Assembly: GCA_965217865.1 (NCBI GenBank)
Contig: CBDCJO010000002.1
Span: 5,632,001-5,696,000, forward strand
Length of the DNA stretch: 64,000 bases
Direction: 5' to 3'
DNA from: Candidatus Latescibacterota bacterium
GTDB lineage: Bacteria > Latescibacterota > UBA2968 > SICM01
Of this stretch, positions 10,386-22,100 are shown one piece after another (position 1 is the stretch's first letter; each line of letters starts with the position of its first letter). The translations under genes and the position numbers were made by a program. The notes beneath the pieces are model-generated. The model searched no databases and was not told the DNA's origin. It worked only from the letters and a program-made list of their open reading frames with translations.

Positions 10386-10504
10386 GAGCCCTCCCAAAAG
10401 AACAAGGACGGGAGACTTGGTGTTGAAGGCTGGCTTCACAGCCCCAAATCCACAATCCCTGACCCGGTTTTCCTATCCCTTCCCCCGTCCCCAATCCCCT
10501 TTTT

Positions 10505-11689
10505 CTATTTAGCCCATCCTACGATCGAAAAGGTCTGCCGGAAGAAAACTTCCTGAGCCCCATTCTTTTCCACGCTGCCCCGTTTCCCCACTTCAAAGGA
10601 TAATTCGAAAATACCCCAATTCCTCTGGAATGGGATCCCGGCCCCCAGACTCACTCCGGTCTCACCTACCGCATCTTTTCCGCCGGGTAATCCCGCGTAC
10701 TGAAGGACTTTCCGTTTTACTCCAAACCGGAGAGGAATTCGAAAGGACTTGCCCAGGGGATCTTCTTCGCCTGTGATATAACTGATCCCAGCCGCAAAAC
10801 CGTACGCGTTTCGATAACGATTGGGATCGATATCCTCCCAGAGCGAAAATCTCATATCCGCCGCAGCCATCCACTTACCCTCGGGGTCACTGTAGGCTGC
10901 CCCCAAACCGAATGATGCAGGCAGGTCGACATCTATAGAGGACTTTTGGATAAGACCGAACCGTGTCTCCAGGACTTGGGTCTGTTCGAGAGTTGTCCTT
11001 GGGGTCAAAAAAGCCCCAAAACTGTAATGTTTCTTCGTATTATAGGCCATTCCCACGGTCCAGCGATTCCCTCTATTTTGACGGTCGACGACATCCACCG
11101 AAGGGAAGATACTGGGGTCCTCAAAAATCCGGGTCCAGGTCTCCTGAATCGTCCCGGTGATGATCGCGTCGAGATTTGCTCCTAAGAAAAGACGGTCCTC
11201 TTTGAGTCTGGCCCCCAATCCAAAAGAAATCGCATGGATCCCTCCACGCATCTGAAGTTTCACCGTATCCGGTGCTCCCCCCCCCAAATCCAACTCAGAG
11301 AAGTCGAAGTTGACAGCCGTCACCGGCTCGACCCCAAATCTGAAGACAATCCCCTTGGGATGAGGCAAGACAATCCGGAAATAGCCCAGGTCTCCTTCTG
11401 TAAGCCGATTTTCAGCGAAGCGGTCCTTTGCCTTGCGCACTTCGGTGCGGAAAAGGACCGACATCCCAACATTTCGGAAGGACCCGAGCACCGCGGGATT
11501 CTCACGAACGAAGTTGCGGCCGTCAAGAACTGCTATCCCCACACCGCCCATGCCACTCGAACGGCCATCGGGACCCCACACTTCATCACCCTGTCCGATT
11601 CCAGAGAAGATCGTGGCCGAACATCCTTCCCGAACATTGAATAGGATGAGCATCGCCATCAAGCCTGCGATGACCGTTATCTTCCACAT
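10505..11689 (-). CDS. Outer-membrane beta-barrel protein (FadL/PorV-like)
   Basis: Signal peptide, GRSSGMGGVGIA...ENPAVLG N-terminal motif, amphipathic strands and aromatic C-terminal strand. Confidence 0.7.
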   Translation of the reverse strand: MWKITVIAGLMAMLILFNVREGCSATIFSGIGQGDEVWGPDGRSSGMGGVGIAVLDGRNFVRENPAVLGSFRNVGMSVLFRTEVRKAKDRFAENRLTEGDLGYFRIVLPHPKGIVFRFGVEPVTAVNFDFSELDLGGGAPDTVKLQMRGGIHAISFGLGARLKEDRLFLGANLDAIITGTIQETWTRIFEDPSIFPSVDVVDRQNRGNRWTVGMAYNTKKHYSFGAFLTPRTTLEQTQVLETRFGLIQKSSIDVDLPASFGLGAAYSDPEGKWMAAADMRFSLWEDIDPNRYRNAYGFAAGISYITGEEDPLGKSFRIPLRFGVKRKVLQYAGLPGGKDAVGETGVSLGAGIPFQRNWGIFELSFEVGKRGSVEKNGAQEVFFRQTFSIVGWAK

Positions 11690-11732
11690 AGAATCCTCTT
11701 ATAAAAGGCTCGAAGCCGGGATACCTGCGCCC

Positions 11733-12920
11733 TCACTCTCTTCCCGGCGGAAGAGAGTAGACGATCGTTAATTTCGGATTTTTAAATACCAACCATGTCA
11801 GGAGATCCTCTGTTCCGACGGAGCGGAGAACCAATCCATCATTGGGAACCCGTTCCGAGGTCCAATCCTGGACAATGAAAGGCCCCATTTCAAACCGGGT
11901 TCCAGTCTCCCCTACCAGGATCGTTATCCCCAGCCCGGGCACAAGGAGAGAATCTCCGGTTGTCGAATCGATAAGAAGGCGATCCACCTGCATGGAAAAC
12001 GTAATGGGAAAAGACTCAACCCGTGCAATATCCATCTCCAATAACGCTGAATTGATAGTCGCCTCAACGGGAAGGCTCTCAGGAAAAGAAAATACCATGT
12101 GTGTCCAGAATCGGATTCCAGATCCTACGATAAGTGCCGAGGGTTCCGGTCCCGAAGCCACTAGGGAACCGTAGTATGTGTCCGTAGTCGAAATAAAGGA
12201 AAATTTTTGAGGCACGTTATCGGGCCCGGGTACGGTCAGTTCGATAGAGGGGCGTCTTTCTAAATCATCTCCAAAAGCATTTGAGGAAACCCAGGAGGTC
12301 AAAAACTGTCCGCCGGATGCAGCCTGGAGGGCGATGGACACGGTATCCGGATCCCCTGCCCCCTCTGCCAAACCGAGCTTGGAAAGTACAAAAGACGGTG
12401 CCAGATCGATGACCGTGGTATCCCCACTCTGGATCACATCGGAGGGATCAATTCTGGCGAGAGATGGAGGGGTCTGGAGGGTTCCAGTCGTATCGGTGAA
12501 TGATGACAGGTCATCCCAAGGGGAAAGTGTCTCCCATAAGGTGAGGGTACCCTCCCCCGAGCTCTCCTCCACCCTCCTGTAAAGCAGGATCCTGGCCTGC
12601 TCAATCGTAAGATCAACCCCGCCTGTGAACGCAACCAACGAATCGGTTGGGATGGTAAATTGGACCAACGTCGTTACGCCGATCCCGTTTAATTCACCCG
12701 CCCTTATACTCGGCCTGAACCCGTTCTGGGTCGGTTCAAAACCTTGAAACTCTGAGAACTGCCGGACGGGCGTGATTCCCTCTATACGGACAACCGATCC
12801 GGCATCCCTACGGTTTACCAGTCCAGTTCCTACGGGGTTTCCGCCCCCCCCTCCGCAACCCAAAAAGAGGGCCATAACACCCAGGATGATGTATTTAGCG
12901 GAGAAAGTTAATCGCTGCAC
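11733..12920 (-). CDS. Uncharacterised lipoprotein (DUF4270-like context)
   Basis: Lipobox LFLGC then NPVGTGLV; C-terminal PKLTIVYS; lies between a glucan synthase and a beta-barrel gene. Confidence 0.6.
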   Translation of the reverse strand: MQRLTFSAKYIILGVMALFLGCGGGGGNPVGTGLVNRRDAGSVVRIEGITPVRQFSEFQGFEPTQNGFRPSIRAGELNGIGVTTLVQFTIPTDSLVAFTGGVDLTIEQARILLYRRVEESSGEGTLTLWETLSPWDDLSSFTDTTGTLQTPPSLARIDPSDVIQSGDTTVIDLAPSFVLSKLGLAEGAGDPDTVSIALQAASGGQFLTSWVSSNAFGDDLERRPSIELTVPGPDNVPQKFSFISTTDTYYGSLVASGPEPSALIVGSGIRFWTHMVFSFPESLPVEATINSALLEMDIARVESFPITFSMQVDRLLIDSTTGDSLLVPGLGITILVGETGTRFEMGPFIVQDWTSERVPNDGLVLRSVGTEDLLTWLVFKNPKLTIVYSLPPGRE

Positions 12921-12980
12921 GATTTCTCTCCAAAGGGAACAACCGTGATTTGTCGCAAAGAACCCTTATGGTCTTCATGG

Positions 12981-14720
12981 TTACTCTGCCCGTTCAAGTC
13001 CGGGAAGAAAGTATTCCTCGGCCACAACATCCCAGCTCATCTTGGAAGCGATACGGAAACCTTCAGCAAGGACTCTTTCGAGATCCTTCTTCGAGCGGGG
13101 AAGGCGTTCAAACACCATCTCTGCCACCTCCCGGCTATTCTGCGCCTCGATCCCGTCGCGAACGTACTGACCCAGTACCTTCAGATCTTCGAAGGACAGT
13201 TCGATCCCTCTCGGAAGTTGAGTATAATCGGCTACTATCGTGCGATCGGTTGATTCCTTACCTGCTGCCCGTTCCAGAAATCCGACGCATCCGCAGACAT
13301 TGCTCACCACACAGATCCCCCCGAAGCTGAGCGGTTCCACCTGGGCAATTCCAAAAGGCTCGTAGATCGACTGCCCGAATTCGAGGTCCGACCCCTTTCG
13401 GAGATCCATAAATACCATCCCCTCGGGCATCCGTTCACCGCATCTTTCCCTGTCCCATCCGAACTGGTTGACAAATATCACCTGAATGGCCTTTGCCCGC
13501 TTGTTGAAATCTTCCGCGCCAGCGTTGAAATCAGCCTCGTAACCGACCAGGTCCGGAAAACCGTCCCGGTGATTGACCGGCCAACCGTATTCAGATTCCA
13601 TCTTCCGGACATCTTTTTGATCGCGAGGGCCGACAATCGTGGACAAAATGAACAGGACCGCCGTTTCACCCGAATTCGCAAATTTTTCATCAAGGTGTTC
13701 CAGGACCCGGATGTCGCGCCAGAGGGCCTTGCTCGGGACCAGCCGGGTAACGTGTGTGAACACGAAATCGGGCCGATGGCCCAATAATCTTTCGGCATAC
13801 TCTTGAAGTTTCTGCTTTGAGTCGACCTTCTCTTCCATGGTAATCCGGAACGCAGGAACCCCGTTGTAGACAAGATCAACCTGGACACCGTCAAAAGATT
13901 TACCCATAAAGCCCAGTTCCTTCACGATGTAATCCCCAACCGCAAACCGATTATCGCAGAGGGTGGATCTTTCAATCAGGGCATGTTTATAAAAATGAGT
14001 CTGATCTCCGAATACATCCTCGACGTACTTTCCGTCTTCCAACGCTCGATCCATCAAGTTGTAGAACCGCGTGTCGTGCCCGATGTGCCCTTCCACAAGC
14101 GGCCGCATAGTGGCAACTTCGTGAGCGTAAAAGATGGTACGGAAATTTTCGTCCCCCGCAAGAATGGCTTTCAACGCAAGGGGCATCCCCATGTATTCGT
14201 GGGAGATGATGAAGCGCTTCCCTTCCTCATCCTTCGTCAAGGACTTAAGGGCCGCATAGCCCGGTTCGGCCAGACAAACATAAAGCTGATAATCATCAGA
14301 GGAATCATATCGGTCCGACTCGATTCCAAACTTTCGGTAGAGGTTATATTTGAAATTTGCCTCGATCCTGGGTTCCAGTTCAGAGGGATCGATCAACAAT
14401 ATCTCGGGATGGACCGTAACTCCCGCACCCGCATCAGATAAATTTCGGATTCCATAGACCAGGTTTACATTATATCGATCCTCCAATGCGGACATCTGAT
14501 CGTGAATACCACGCCGATCCACGCCCGTTATGGAAGAATACCATACCTCTCCGTTCTTTTCGATCGCTTTCTCGTCGTCGAAAGAAAAGAGGGGACCAAG
14601 CAAGATCGTTCGTCCAACCGATTCCTGATACCGCCTCGAAGTAAGGAGCCCCTGCAACACGGCCCCGATCCCACCAACCTTGTGAAGTGCCTCGTGCGTA
14701 ACGTGAATGACGGTTTTCAT
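12981..14720 (-). CDS. GT-B glycosyltransferase, GT3-like glycogen/alpha-glucan synthase
   Basis: HEALHKVGGIGAV (KVGG motif), ISHEYMG, VYNGV and SIYEPFG resemble GT3 synthases. The ORF is open from 14762. Confidence 0.7.
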   Translation of the reverse strand: MKTVIHVTHEALHKVGGIGAVLQGLLTSRRYQESVGRTILLGPLFSFDDEKAIEKNGEVWYSSITGVDRRGIHDQMSALEDRYNVNLVYGIRNLSDAGAGVTVHPEILLIDPSELEPRIEANFKYNLYRKFGIESDRYDSSDDYQLYVCLAEPGYAALKSLTKDEEGKRFIISHEYMGMPLALKAILAGDENFRTIFYAHEVATMRPLVEGHIGHDTRFYNLMDRALEDGKYVEDVFGDQTHFYKHALIERSTLCDNRFAVGDYIVKELGFMGKSFDGVQVDLVYNGVPAFRITMEEKVDSKQKLQEYAERLLGHRPDFVFTHVTRLVPSKALWRDIRVLEHLDEKFANSGETAVLFILSTIVGPRDQKDVRKMESEYGWPVNHRDGFPDLVGYEADFNAGAEDFNKRAKAIQVIFVNQFGWDRERCGERMPEGMVFMDLRKGSDLEFGQSIYEPFGIAQVEPLSFGGICVVSNVCGCVGFLERAAGKESTDRTIVADYTQLPRGIELSFEDLKVLGQYVRDGIEAQNSREVAEMVFERLPRSKKDLERVLAEGFRIASKMSWDVVAEEYFLPGLERAE

Positions 14721-14762
14721 AATCTCACTTGTGGGTTCCGGATCTCCAACCTCGATATTCAC

Positions 14763-15101
14763 TCAACTCACAAACATATTGATGACCCAGCTCACCAGGC
14801 TGATCATGAACGCGCCCTTCACGGCAGTCCAGAGCCCGTCGATATAGAACCCATCCACAAAATACGCGACACTCCACAGAATCAGACCGTTTATGAGAAA
14901 TGTGATCAATCCCAACGAAAGGATAAAAAAGGGAAGTGTAACGATAAACAGGACCGGCTTGACGAAGGAATTGACGATCCCGAGCATAAATGCGACAACC
15001 AAGATCGTAACCGTCGATTCGTACCGGATCCCGGAAAAAAGATAGGAAGCGACCAACACAGCAAGAGCTGTGACTGCCCAGCGAATGAGAAAACTAACCA
15101 T
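14763..15101 (-). CDS. YvlD-like four-TM membrane protein (phage holin superfamily IV)
   Basis: FLIRW...LGIVNSFVKPVLFIVTLPFFILSLGL...INGLIL family pattern. Confidence 0.88.
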   Translation of the reverse strand: MVSFLIRWAVTALAVLVASYLFSGIRYESTVTILVVAFMLGIVNSFVKPVLFIVTLPFFILSLGLITFLINGLILWSVAYFVDGFYIDGLWTAVKGAFMISLVSWVINMFVS

Positions 15102-15102
15102 G

Positions 15103-15180
15103 ATTTCGGATTGTGGATTGCAGAATGTGGATTGAAGCAAAACCCAACCTTCCAAAACCCGCAATCCCTGATCCGCAAAT
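15103..15180. repeat. Degenerate heptamer repeats in inverted arrangement
   Basis: GATTTCG GATTGTG GATTGCA GAATGTG GATTG ... CCGCAATCCCTGATCCGCAAAT in the intergenic gap. Confidence 0.55.
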
Positions 15181-15184
15181 GCTT

Positions 15185-15805
15185 TTAATAGAGCTTGTCG
15201 ATAACCACATTCACATCCTTCTGCCCGGGTTTCACCAGGTCCTTGAACACACCGTCCATATCCCCCTTCATAGGGGGCCCCGCGAGTCCGTCCTGGTCGA
15301 TTCGCACCACGATGTACATCTCGTCGATATCCGCGAATACAAGCCCTTCCCCGAACATCGGTAACACATCCGGTTGACCTAAACTGTACCTGTGAGGAAA
15401 ATTGTGTATGTGCAACCGTTGAACGGCGTAAGGCGGGGGCCCACCCTGTTTACGCTCTCTCGCCATGAGAAAGATCACTGCGTGGGAAGGAATTCGATCT
15501 GCAAGCTGGGGGGAAACGGTAATAATCCCAGATACCGACGCTTCCGAGGAGGAAGCCGCCAAACCGACTGAACCCTGACCTCCTTCCGATCTCCGTTGGC
15601 CCATCGGGGTCATTGCCCTTGGCGAACGATTCCTGGGGGAAATATTCTTCCCCGACCCGCCCGTCTTTGCCATTGCGGACCGAGGGGGAGAATCCGCCTT
15701 ACCCCTCTCGAAGTTCTGGCTACAACCAACCCCGCAGGTCAGTACAATAAGACACAAATTCCCAAATTTCCTCACCAGGACTCCCAATGACTCTGAATCA
15801 CCCAT
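15185..15805 (-). CDS. Putative lipoprotein with a CcmI/CycH C-terminal Ig-like domain
   Basis: SVSGIITVSPQLA...VIFLMAR...PPYAVQRL...FPHRYSL...VVRIDQDG...GDMDG...VNVVIDK. The LTCGVGC lipobox suggests a later GTG start. Confidence 0.65.
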   Translation of the reverse strand: MGDSESLGVLVRKFGNLCLIVLTCGVGCSQNFERGKADSPPRSAMAKTGGSGKNISPRNRSPRAMTPMGQRRSEGGQGSVGLAASSSEASVSGIITVSPQLADRIPSHAVIFLMARERKQGGPPPYAVQRLHIHNFPHRYSLGQPDVLPMFGEGLVFADIDEMYIVVRIDQDGLAGPPMKGDMDGVFKDLVKPGQKDVNVVIDKLY

Positions 15806-15865
15806 AAAAACCGGGTCGCGTCGAACGTCGCGACCCTAAGAATCCAAGAAACCGGTATTTAGTTG

Positions 15866-15894
15866 AATATATCCAGATCGTATGATGATGTCAA
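15866..15894 (-). promoter_or_regulatory. Near-consensus sigma70 promoter for the minus-strand cluster 15805 to 8785
   Basis: Minus strand reads TTGACA-17 nt-TATATT. Confidence 0.7.
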
Positions 15895-16099
15895 GACCTC
15901 AGGTCCATCGGGGAAATCATCTTTTAACTGACCGATTTGCGATAAAATCAAATTTTTAACGCCCGGACTCCTGATCGGTTCAGTCAGGATCAACGATGCC
16001 CTTAAAAAGAGCACACAAAGTGTCTAATCTAGACCCAATAGCGGAGGTCGCTGATGTCCTTAACACGGAAAAAGAAGCGATGGGTCGTTTACCTTACAC

Positions 16100-16128
16100 A
16101 AAAAAACGGGCGACCAAAAGGGTCGCCC
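16100..16128 (-). terminator. Intrinsic terminator downstream of the giant surface-protein gene
   Basis: Stem GGGCGACC/GGTCGCCC plus a 7-nt U-run on the minus strand. Confidence 0.75.
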
Positions 16129-16142
16129 TGATCGCTGTGGCT

Positions 16143-16172
16143 GTAGGGGCGCACCTGCGTGTGCGCCCCTGC
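16143..16172. repeat. GTAG-type REP palindrome
   Basis: GTAGGGGCGCACCTGCGTGTGCGCCCCTGC: GTAG tetranucleotide plus a GC-rich hairpin, as in RAYT-associated REPs. Confidence 0.7.
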
Positions 16173-19100
16173 GTGTCCCGCCCGTCCCAGGCGATTGTGT
16201 AGAAACCTGTGGGCTGGAGTTCGTTCACAAGCTGCGCCACCTGCTGACCCAGGATGTTGTAGACCAGGATCGAGACCCGGGCATCCTCCGGGATCCCATA
16301 GCGGATCGTGGTGATCGGGTTGAACGGATTTGGATAGTTATGCTTCAGGAGGACCTGATTCGGAAGCAGGGACAGTCTTGCGGACGAAAGGTCGCCTGGT
16401 ATCCGCATCTCTCCCTCTGAATCCAGCAAAACCATCTCCGACACCTCTGCGTGCGGCTCCAGAGAGGAGACTTTCACCCGGAACCGCAGGTCGGCCAGGT
16501 TTGTTTCTTCCGAGGCTTCCCCTTCCGCCCCTTCCGACTCCTCCGCTTCGCTCACAATTCCCTCCCCGTAGTTCAAGATCACCGCTTCATTGATATCGGG
16601 CCTGATGACCTTTGCCAACAAGAAGATCGTCTCGTTGCCCGAACTGTCCTCCGAGATTACACGGTACTCGTAGGTCGTCCCGGACAACAGCCCCTCAAGA
16701 TCGATCCGTTGATCCAGGCCGGGATCCCCCGGGTCCGAGCCCATAAAGTCCGTTTCCCCGCTCTCTCGGTACTCCACCCGGGGCGTGCTCTCTTCGTCCA
16801 CGGACCAGAGCACCGTGACCGCGGTCTCCCCGATCCCCTCGACCCTTGGAACCCCCAGGACAACCGGGCTCTGCGTATCTCCCTCTGTCGTAAAACTCCG
16901 GACCGCCCCCTCCGCTCTCCCGCCCCTTCCGTCACCCGCGACCACGTGCCAGGTATAGACGGTGCTCTCTGAAAGGGGTCCGATCGAAAACACGTTTTCG
17001 ATCGTGCTCCCCACCTGCAACCGTTCACAAACAGGTCGTACGTGGTCGAGTCCCCCTCCGGGTCCGTCGCAGCCTCCCAGGTCAGGGTTGGATTCAGCGA
17101 AACGCCTGTCTCCCCCTCCCCGGGTGCGAGAGAAACCGGAGCCGTGGGGGAAAGGTTCGGGTCAACGACGATCAGGTCGTCGACCGTATGGGTGTCCGTA
17201 CCGGCCGGACCCGTGACCACAAGGGACACCGTAAAGCTTCCATCAGCCGTATAGGTGTGGGCCGGACTCTGATCCTCCGAACCGGTCCCGCTTAGCGCCA
17301 CGATCGCAGGAGTTTCCGCCCTGTGAACGATCGACAGCGATGCGGATTTCTCCCCCTCCGAATCGGGGGTGAAGCTCACCACGACAGGGACACTTTCGCC
17401 CGGCTGCACGGTGAACGTGGTCGCACTGACCGTGAACGCATCCCCATCGTCTCCGGTAACCGCGATATCCGAGACCACCAGCTCAGCGTCCCCGGAATTC
17501 CCGATCGTAAACGTTATCTCCGAGGCCCCCCCCACCTTCGTGTCCTCCATCTCCAGGACCGTCACCGAAAGGTTGATGATCGGGGCCGGCTCGGGCGGCT
17601 GTTCTGTCCCGGTCCCGGTCAACGCGAGCTCCAGCGGACTCCCTGCCGCGTCGTGGGAGATCGAGAGCGTCGCGGACTTCTCTCCCTCGTCAACCGGAGA
17701 GAACGTCACCGTCACCGTGGCGTTGTCCCCCGGGGCAATCGTGATCGTGACCTGGCTAACCGAGAATGCCTCGGAATCCGGGCCCGATACCGTCACCGCA
17801 GAGACATCCAGCGGGGCTGTCCGCGAGTTGCTCAGAATGAGCGAGAGAGACTTATCCCCACCGACCTGCACGTCCCCGAACGGGAGCGCCGCTGCGGAGG
17901 CCGTGATCGCCGGTGCGGCCGCGATCCCGGTGCCGGTCAGCGACACGGTCGTCGGACTCCCCGGGGCATTGTGCGAGATCGAAAGACTGGCGGATTTCCC
18001 GCCCGCGGTTGAGGGTGTAAATGTCACCGCAAAAACCGCAGCCGGCGCCCCTGCAGCGATTGTGGCCGTGATCGGAGAAACGGAGAAATGCGCCTGATCC
18101 GTCCCACCCACCGTGATCCCCGTGATGGAAAGATCCGCGTTGCCCGTGTTGGAAACCGAGAGAGAAAGCGCATTGCTCTGGGCCACCTGTACGTTCCCGA
18201 ATGCAAGATTCGTAGTGGAAAGAGATATGACTGGTACAGGAGGAGGTGGAGCGGTCGTCCCGTTGCCGGACAAGGCAATCGATGAGGGGCTCCCCGCGGC
18301 GTTGTGGGCTATCGACAGAGAAGCCGACTTCGCGCCAGCAGAGGTCGGTATAAACGTAACCGTAAAAACCGCAGCCGACGGCCCTGCAGCGATTGTGGCC
18401 GTGGTCGAAGAAACCGAGAACTGCGCCGCATCCGTCCCAGTCACTGTGATGCCCGTAACCGATAGCGTATCTGTCCCTGTGTTGGAAATCGATAAGGAGA
18501 GTGGCTTGCTCTGGCCGATTTGCACGTCCCCGAAAGGCAGAGGGGACGGAGAGATGGATATGACCGGTGCGATGGACCCCGCGGCCTCGCCCGAGGCCCC
18601 GCTCAGGTTCCCGGTGCTGTCAACAGCCGCAATCTTGAAGTAGAAGCTCCCGGCGGTCAATCCAATGTTTGTATATGATGTCCCGGGTTGGTCCACGCGA
18701 GCGATCGAATCCGGCGACGCGGGTGTAAATCCCGCAGTATTGCTTCGGTAGATGATGTAGTGGGAGAGATCAAGGTCCGTATTGGCCGTCCAGGTAAGGG
18801 CCATCTGGTTGTTCCCGACAGCAGCCGTCAGACCCGAGGGTGCGGCCGGCGGGGTCGTGTCGATCCCCGTCCCGGACAAGGAGACGGTTTTCGTCGGGGC
18901 CGTCGCGTCGTTGCTGGTGATCGTAAGGGTCCCCGTCTTCGAGCCCGTCGAAGTCGGCGCGAAAGTCACGGTCACCGTCGAGCTGTCCCCGCCGTTGATG
19001 TTGAAGCTCGGGGGCACCACAGGCGAGACGCTAAACTGATCCGAATCGTCCGTAAGACCCGATACGGTGAGCGTAAGGTCCCCGTCGTTCTTGATCTGAA

Positions 19101-19189
19101 ACGTTGCCTGTGCGGACCCTCCCTTCTCAACGTTCCCGAACGAAAGGGTTGACTCGGAAAGGGAGATTGTGGGTTCGGCAACCTGGTTC

Positions 19190-22100
19190 AGATAGACCAC
19201 GTTTGGAGAGCTGTTCCCCACCGCGATGTCCAGGTCTCCATCTCCGTCCACATCTCCTAACGCCAAGGATTTCGTATTGTCGTTGGTGGGTCCGAAGGTG
19301 GCGGACGTGGGGAAGCTTCCCGTTCCATCGTTCAGATAAGCCACATTCTGTTCGTTACCGTTCCCCACTGCGATATCCAGATCGCCGTCGTTATCCGCGT
19401 CTCCAATCGCAAAGGCATACGTGTTGTCCCCGCTTCCGAAGTTTTGAGATGTGCCGAATCCAGGCGTGCTGTTCCCGTCATTCAGATAAACCACGTTCTG
19501 TCCGCCGGTGCTGTTTCCCACGACGATATCCAGATCCCCATCCCCTTCAACGTCTCCTAATGCAACAGTCTGCGTTGCATCGTTCGTCGGACCGAAGTTC
19601 GTTCCCGTGGCAGGGAAGCTCCCCCCTCCGTCGATATACACCACATTCTGTTCGCCGTTGTTCCCCACCACAAGGTCCGGGTCCCCGTCCCCATCAACGT
19701 CCCCAACGATCACAGCTGTCGTCGCATCATTGGTTGGGCCAAAGTCGTCGGATGTGGGGAAAGCCCCATTCCCATCGTTGAAGTAGGCCACGTTCTGGGC
19801 GCTGCTGTTCCCCACGGCCAGATCGATATCCCCATCGTTGTCCAGGTCCCCGGATGCAACCGAAGACGACAAGTCGGACCCTGTCCCGAAGGCGTTGGAG
19901 AACCTGGAGAAGTCGGCCGGACCAATCCCTGCGGCAACGAGGAACTTCCACACGTAAGGGGCGATGGCCTCCCCGCCTGTTGATTGGACCCCGGAAGTCA
20001 GTGAGGCCTGGACTTCCTCGCCCGGCTTGAAATCCGCGGCCGGATCGAAGCTGATCACGGTCGTCCCCCCACCCCCATATGTCCCCGATCGCTCTCCGGT
20101 CAAGGTCCCGTGCACAACAAACGTGCTCGCGGTTCCGGCGTTCATGGCCTGGTTGAAAGTCGCGGTCACATTCGCCCCCACTAAGGCATCGATGTCGTTC
20201 TTCGGAGGGGCCACCGGACTCGGCGGAGGGATGGTGGTGGTTAAATTGTGGAACACCGAGAGGGTGCTGGATGAAAAATTTAGAACCCCCAGGTCGGGTT
20301 TTCCGTCTCCGTCCAGATCTCCAATTGCCACGCCATAAGGGCTAGTTCCAGTTGTGAAGTCGACTTTGCTGGCGAATGAGATCGTGCCGGAACTGCCCGT
20401 GTTGCGAAATATCGACACGGTGTTTGTACCGGAGTTGGGGGCCGCCATATCCAGCTTGTTGTCTCCATCCAGATCTCCAATTATAAGATAAGACGGATTG
20501 GTTCCGGTTGTGAAGTCGATTTTTGCAGCAAAAGAACTGGCGTCGATGGTACCGGCGGTGCTGGTGTTTCTTATGACCGATATGTTGTTCCCATCGAAGT
20601 TTGTGACGGCCAGATCGGATTTGCCGTCGCCGTCGAGATCGCCAATCGCAATCCGGTCGGGCCCTGTTCCGGCTGTGAAGTCGACTTTTGTAGCGAATGA
20701 GGAGGTTGTAATGGAACCCGACGTACTGGTATTGCGGAGCACCGATATCGTCGTTCCAGCGCCGCTACCATAATTTGTGAGAGCGATATCCCGTTTTCCA
20801 TCTCCGTCCAAGTCGCCAATGGCCAGACCACTGGGATCGGTTCCGGTTGTGAAGTCGACTTTTGCGGCAAAAGAGATGGTTCCGGACGTGCTGGTGTTGT
20901 GGAAAACCGAGACTGTATTTGAGACGGCATTCGTAGCGGCCAGATCGGGTTTTCCATCGCCGTCGAGGTCGCCGAGGACCAGAATACGCGGCGTTGTTCC
21001 CGGGGTGAGATCGACTTTTGTAGCAAAAGAAGAACCATTGATTGCCCCGCTCGCACTCGTATTGCGGAAGACAGAGAGGGTGTTGGCACTGAGGTTCGTG
21101 GTGGCGATGTCGGGTTTTCCATCGCCGTCAATATCCCCGATGATCGGTTCTATAGGTCCATTATCTGTTGTAAAGTCGACTTTCGCAGCCAGGGTGGTGG
21201 GATCGATCGCGGAGACGGAGGCCGTGAAAGTGGGCAGGAAGAACTGTGTGGAGATGGCCGTCCGGTTGTTCACCGTCACACTGATCGGACCGAACGTGGC
21301 GCCGGTCGGCACCGTGACCGTCAGGGAGGTCGCCGAAGCCGCCGTGACCGTGCCTTTGATCCCACCGATAAACACGGTGTTGTTGGCAGGTGTGGCATCG
21401 AAGTTCGTGCCGGTGATGGTCACCGAGGCGCCCGCAGCGGCTGACGTGGGCGTAAACGATGTGATCGTGGGCAATGCGGTGGTGAGGGTAAGGTTGTGGA
21501 AGATGGATACGGTGTTCGAATTCCCATTCGTCGCGACCAATTCGGGTTTTCCATCGCCATCCAGATCAGCAATGGCTACAAACCGCGGAGAGGTTCCAGT
21601 GGTGAAGTCGACTTTTGTGGCAAAGGAATTGGCATCAATGGTTCCGCTTGTGCTCGTGTTGCGAAACACAGACAGCGTATTTGCACTCTGATTCGTCACT
21701 GCCAGGTCGGGTTTTCCATCGCCATCGAGGTCACCAATGGCCACAGTCGATGAACCCGTTCCAGCAGTGAGGTCAACTTTTGTGGCAAAGGAATTGGCAT
21801 CAATGGTTCCGCTTGTGCTCGTGTTGCGATAGATTGATACGGTGTTTGAACTGAAGTTGGCCACGGCCAATTCGGGTTTTCCATCGCCATCGAGATCACC
21901 AATGGCCACGAACGATGGAAAGGTTCCTGCGGTGAAGTCAACTTTTGTGGCAAGGGAATTGGCATCAATGGTTCCGCTTGTGCTCGTATTGCGATAGATC
22001 GATATGTTGTTCGCAGTTCCATTTGCCGTGACCACATCTGGTTTTCCATCCCCATCGAGATCGCCAATCGCCACCGCCCGTCGATCAGTTCCCGTTGTAA

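Noticed and set aside
14763-15101. Prophage suggested by a holin-family gene
   Set aside because: YvlD-like proteins are common chromosomal genes; no phage structural, lysin or integrase genes are nearby.
15813-15836. Hairpin GGGTCGCG/CGCGACCC as a riboswitch
   Set aside because: A single stem without aptamer motifs; could be a 5' stabiliser or attenuator, but this is unsupported.
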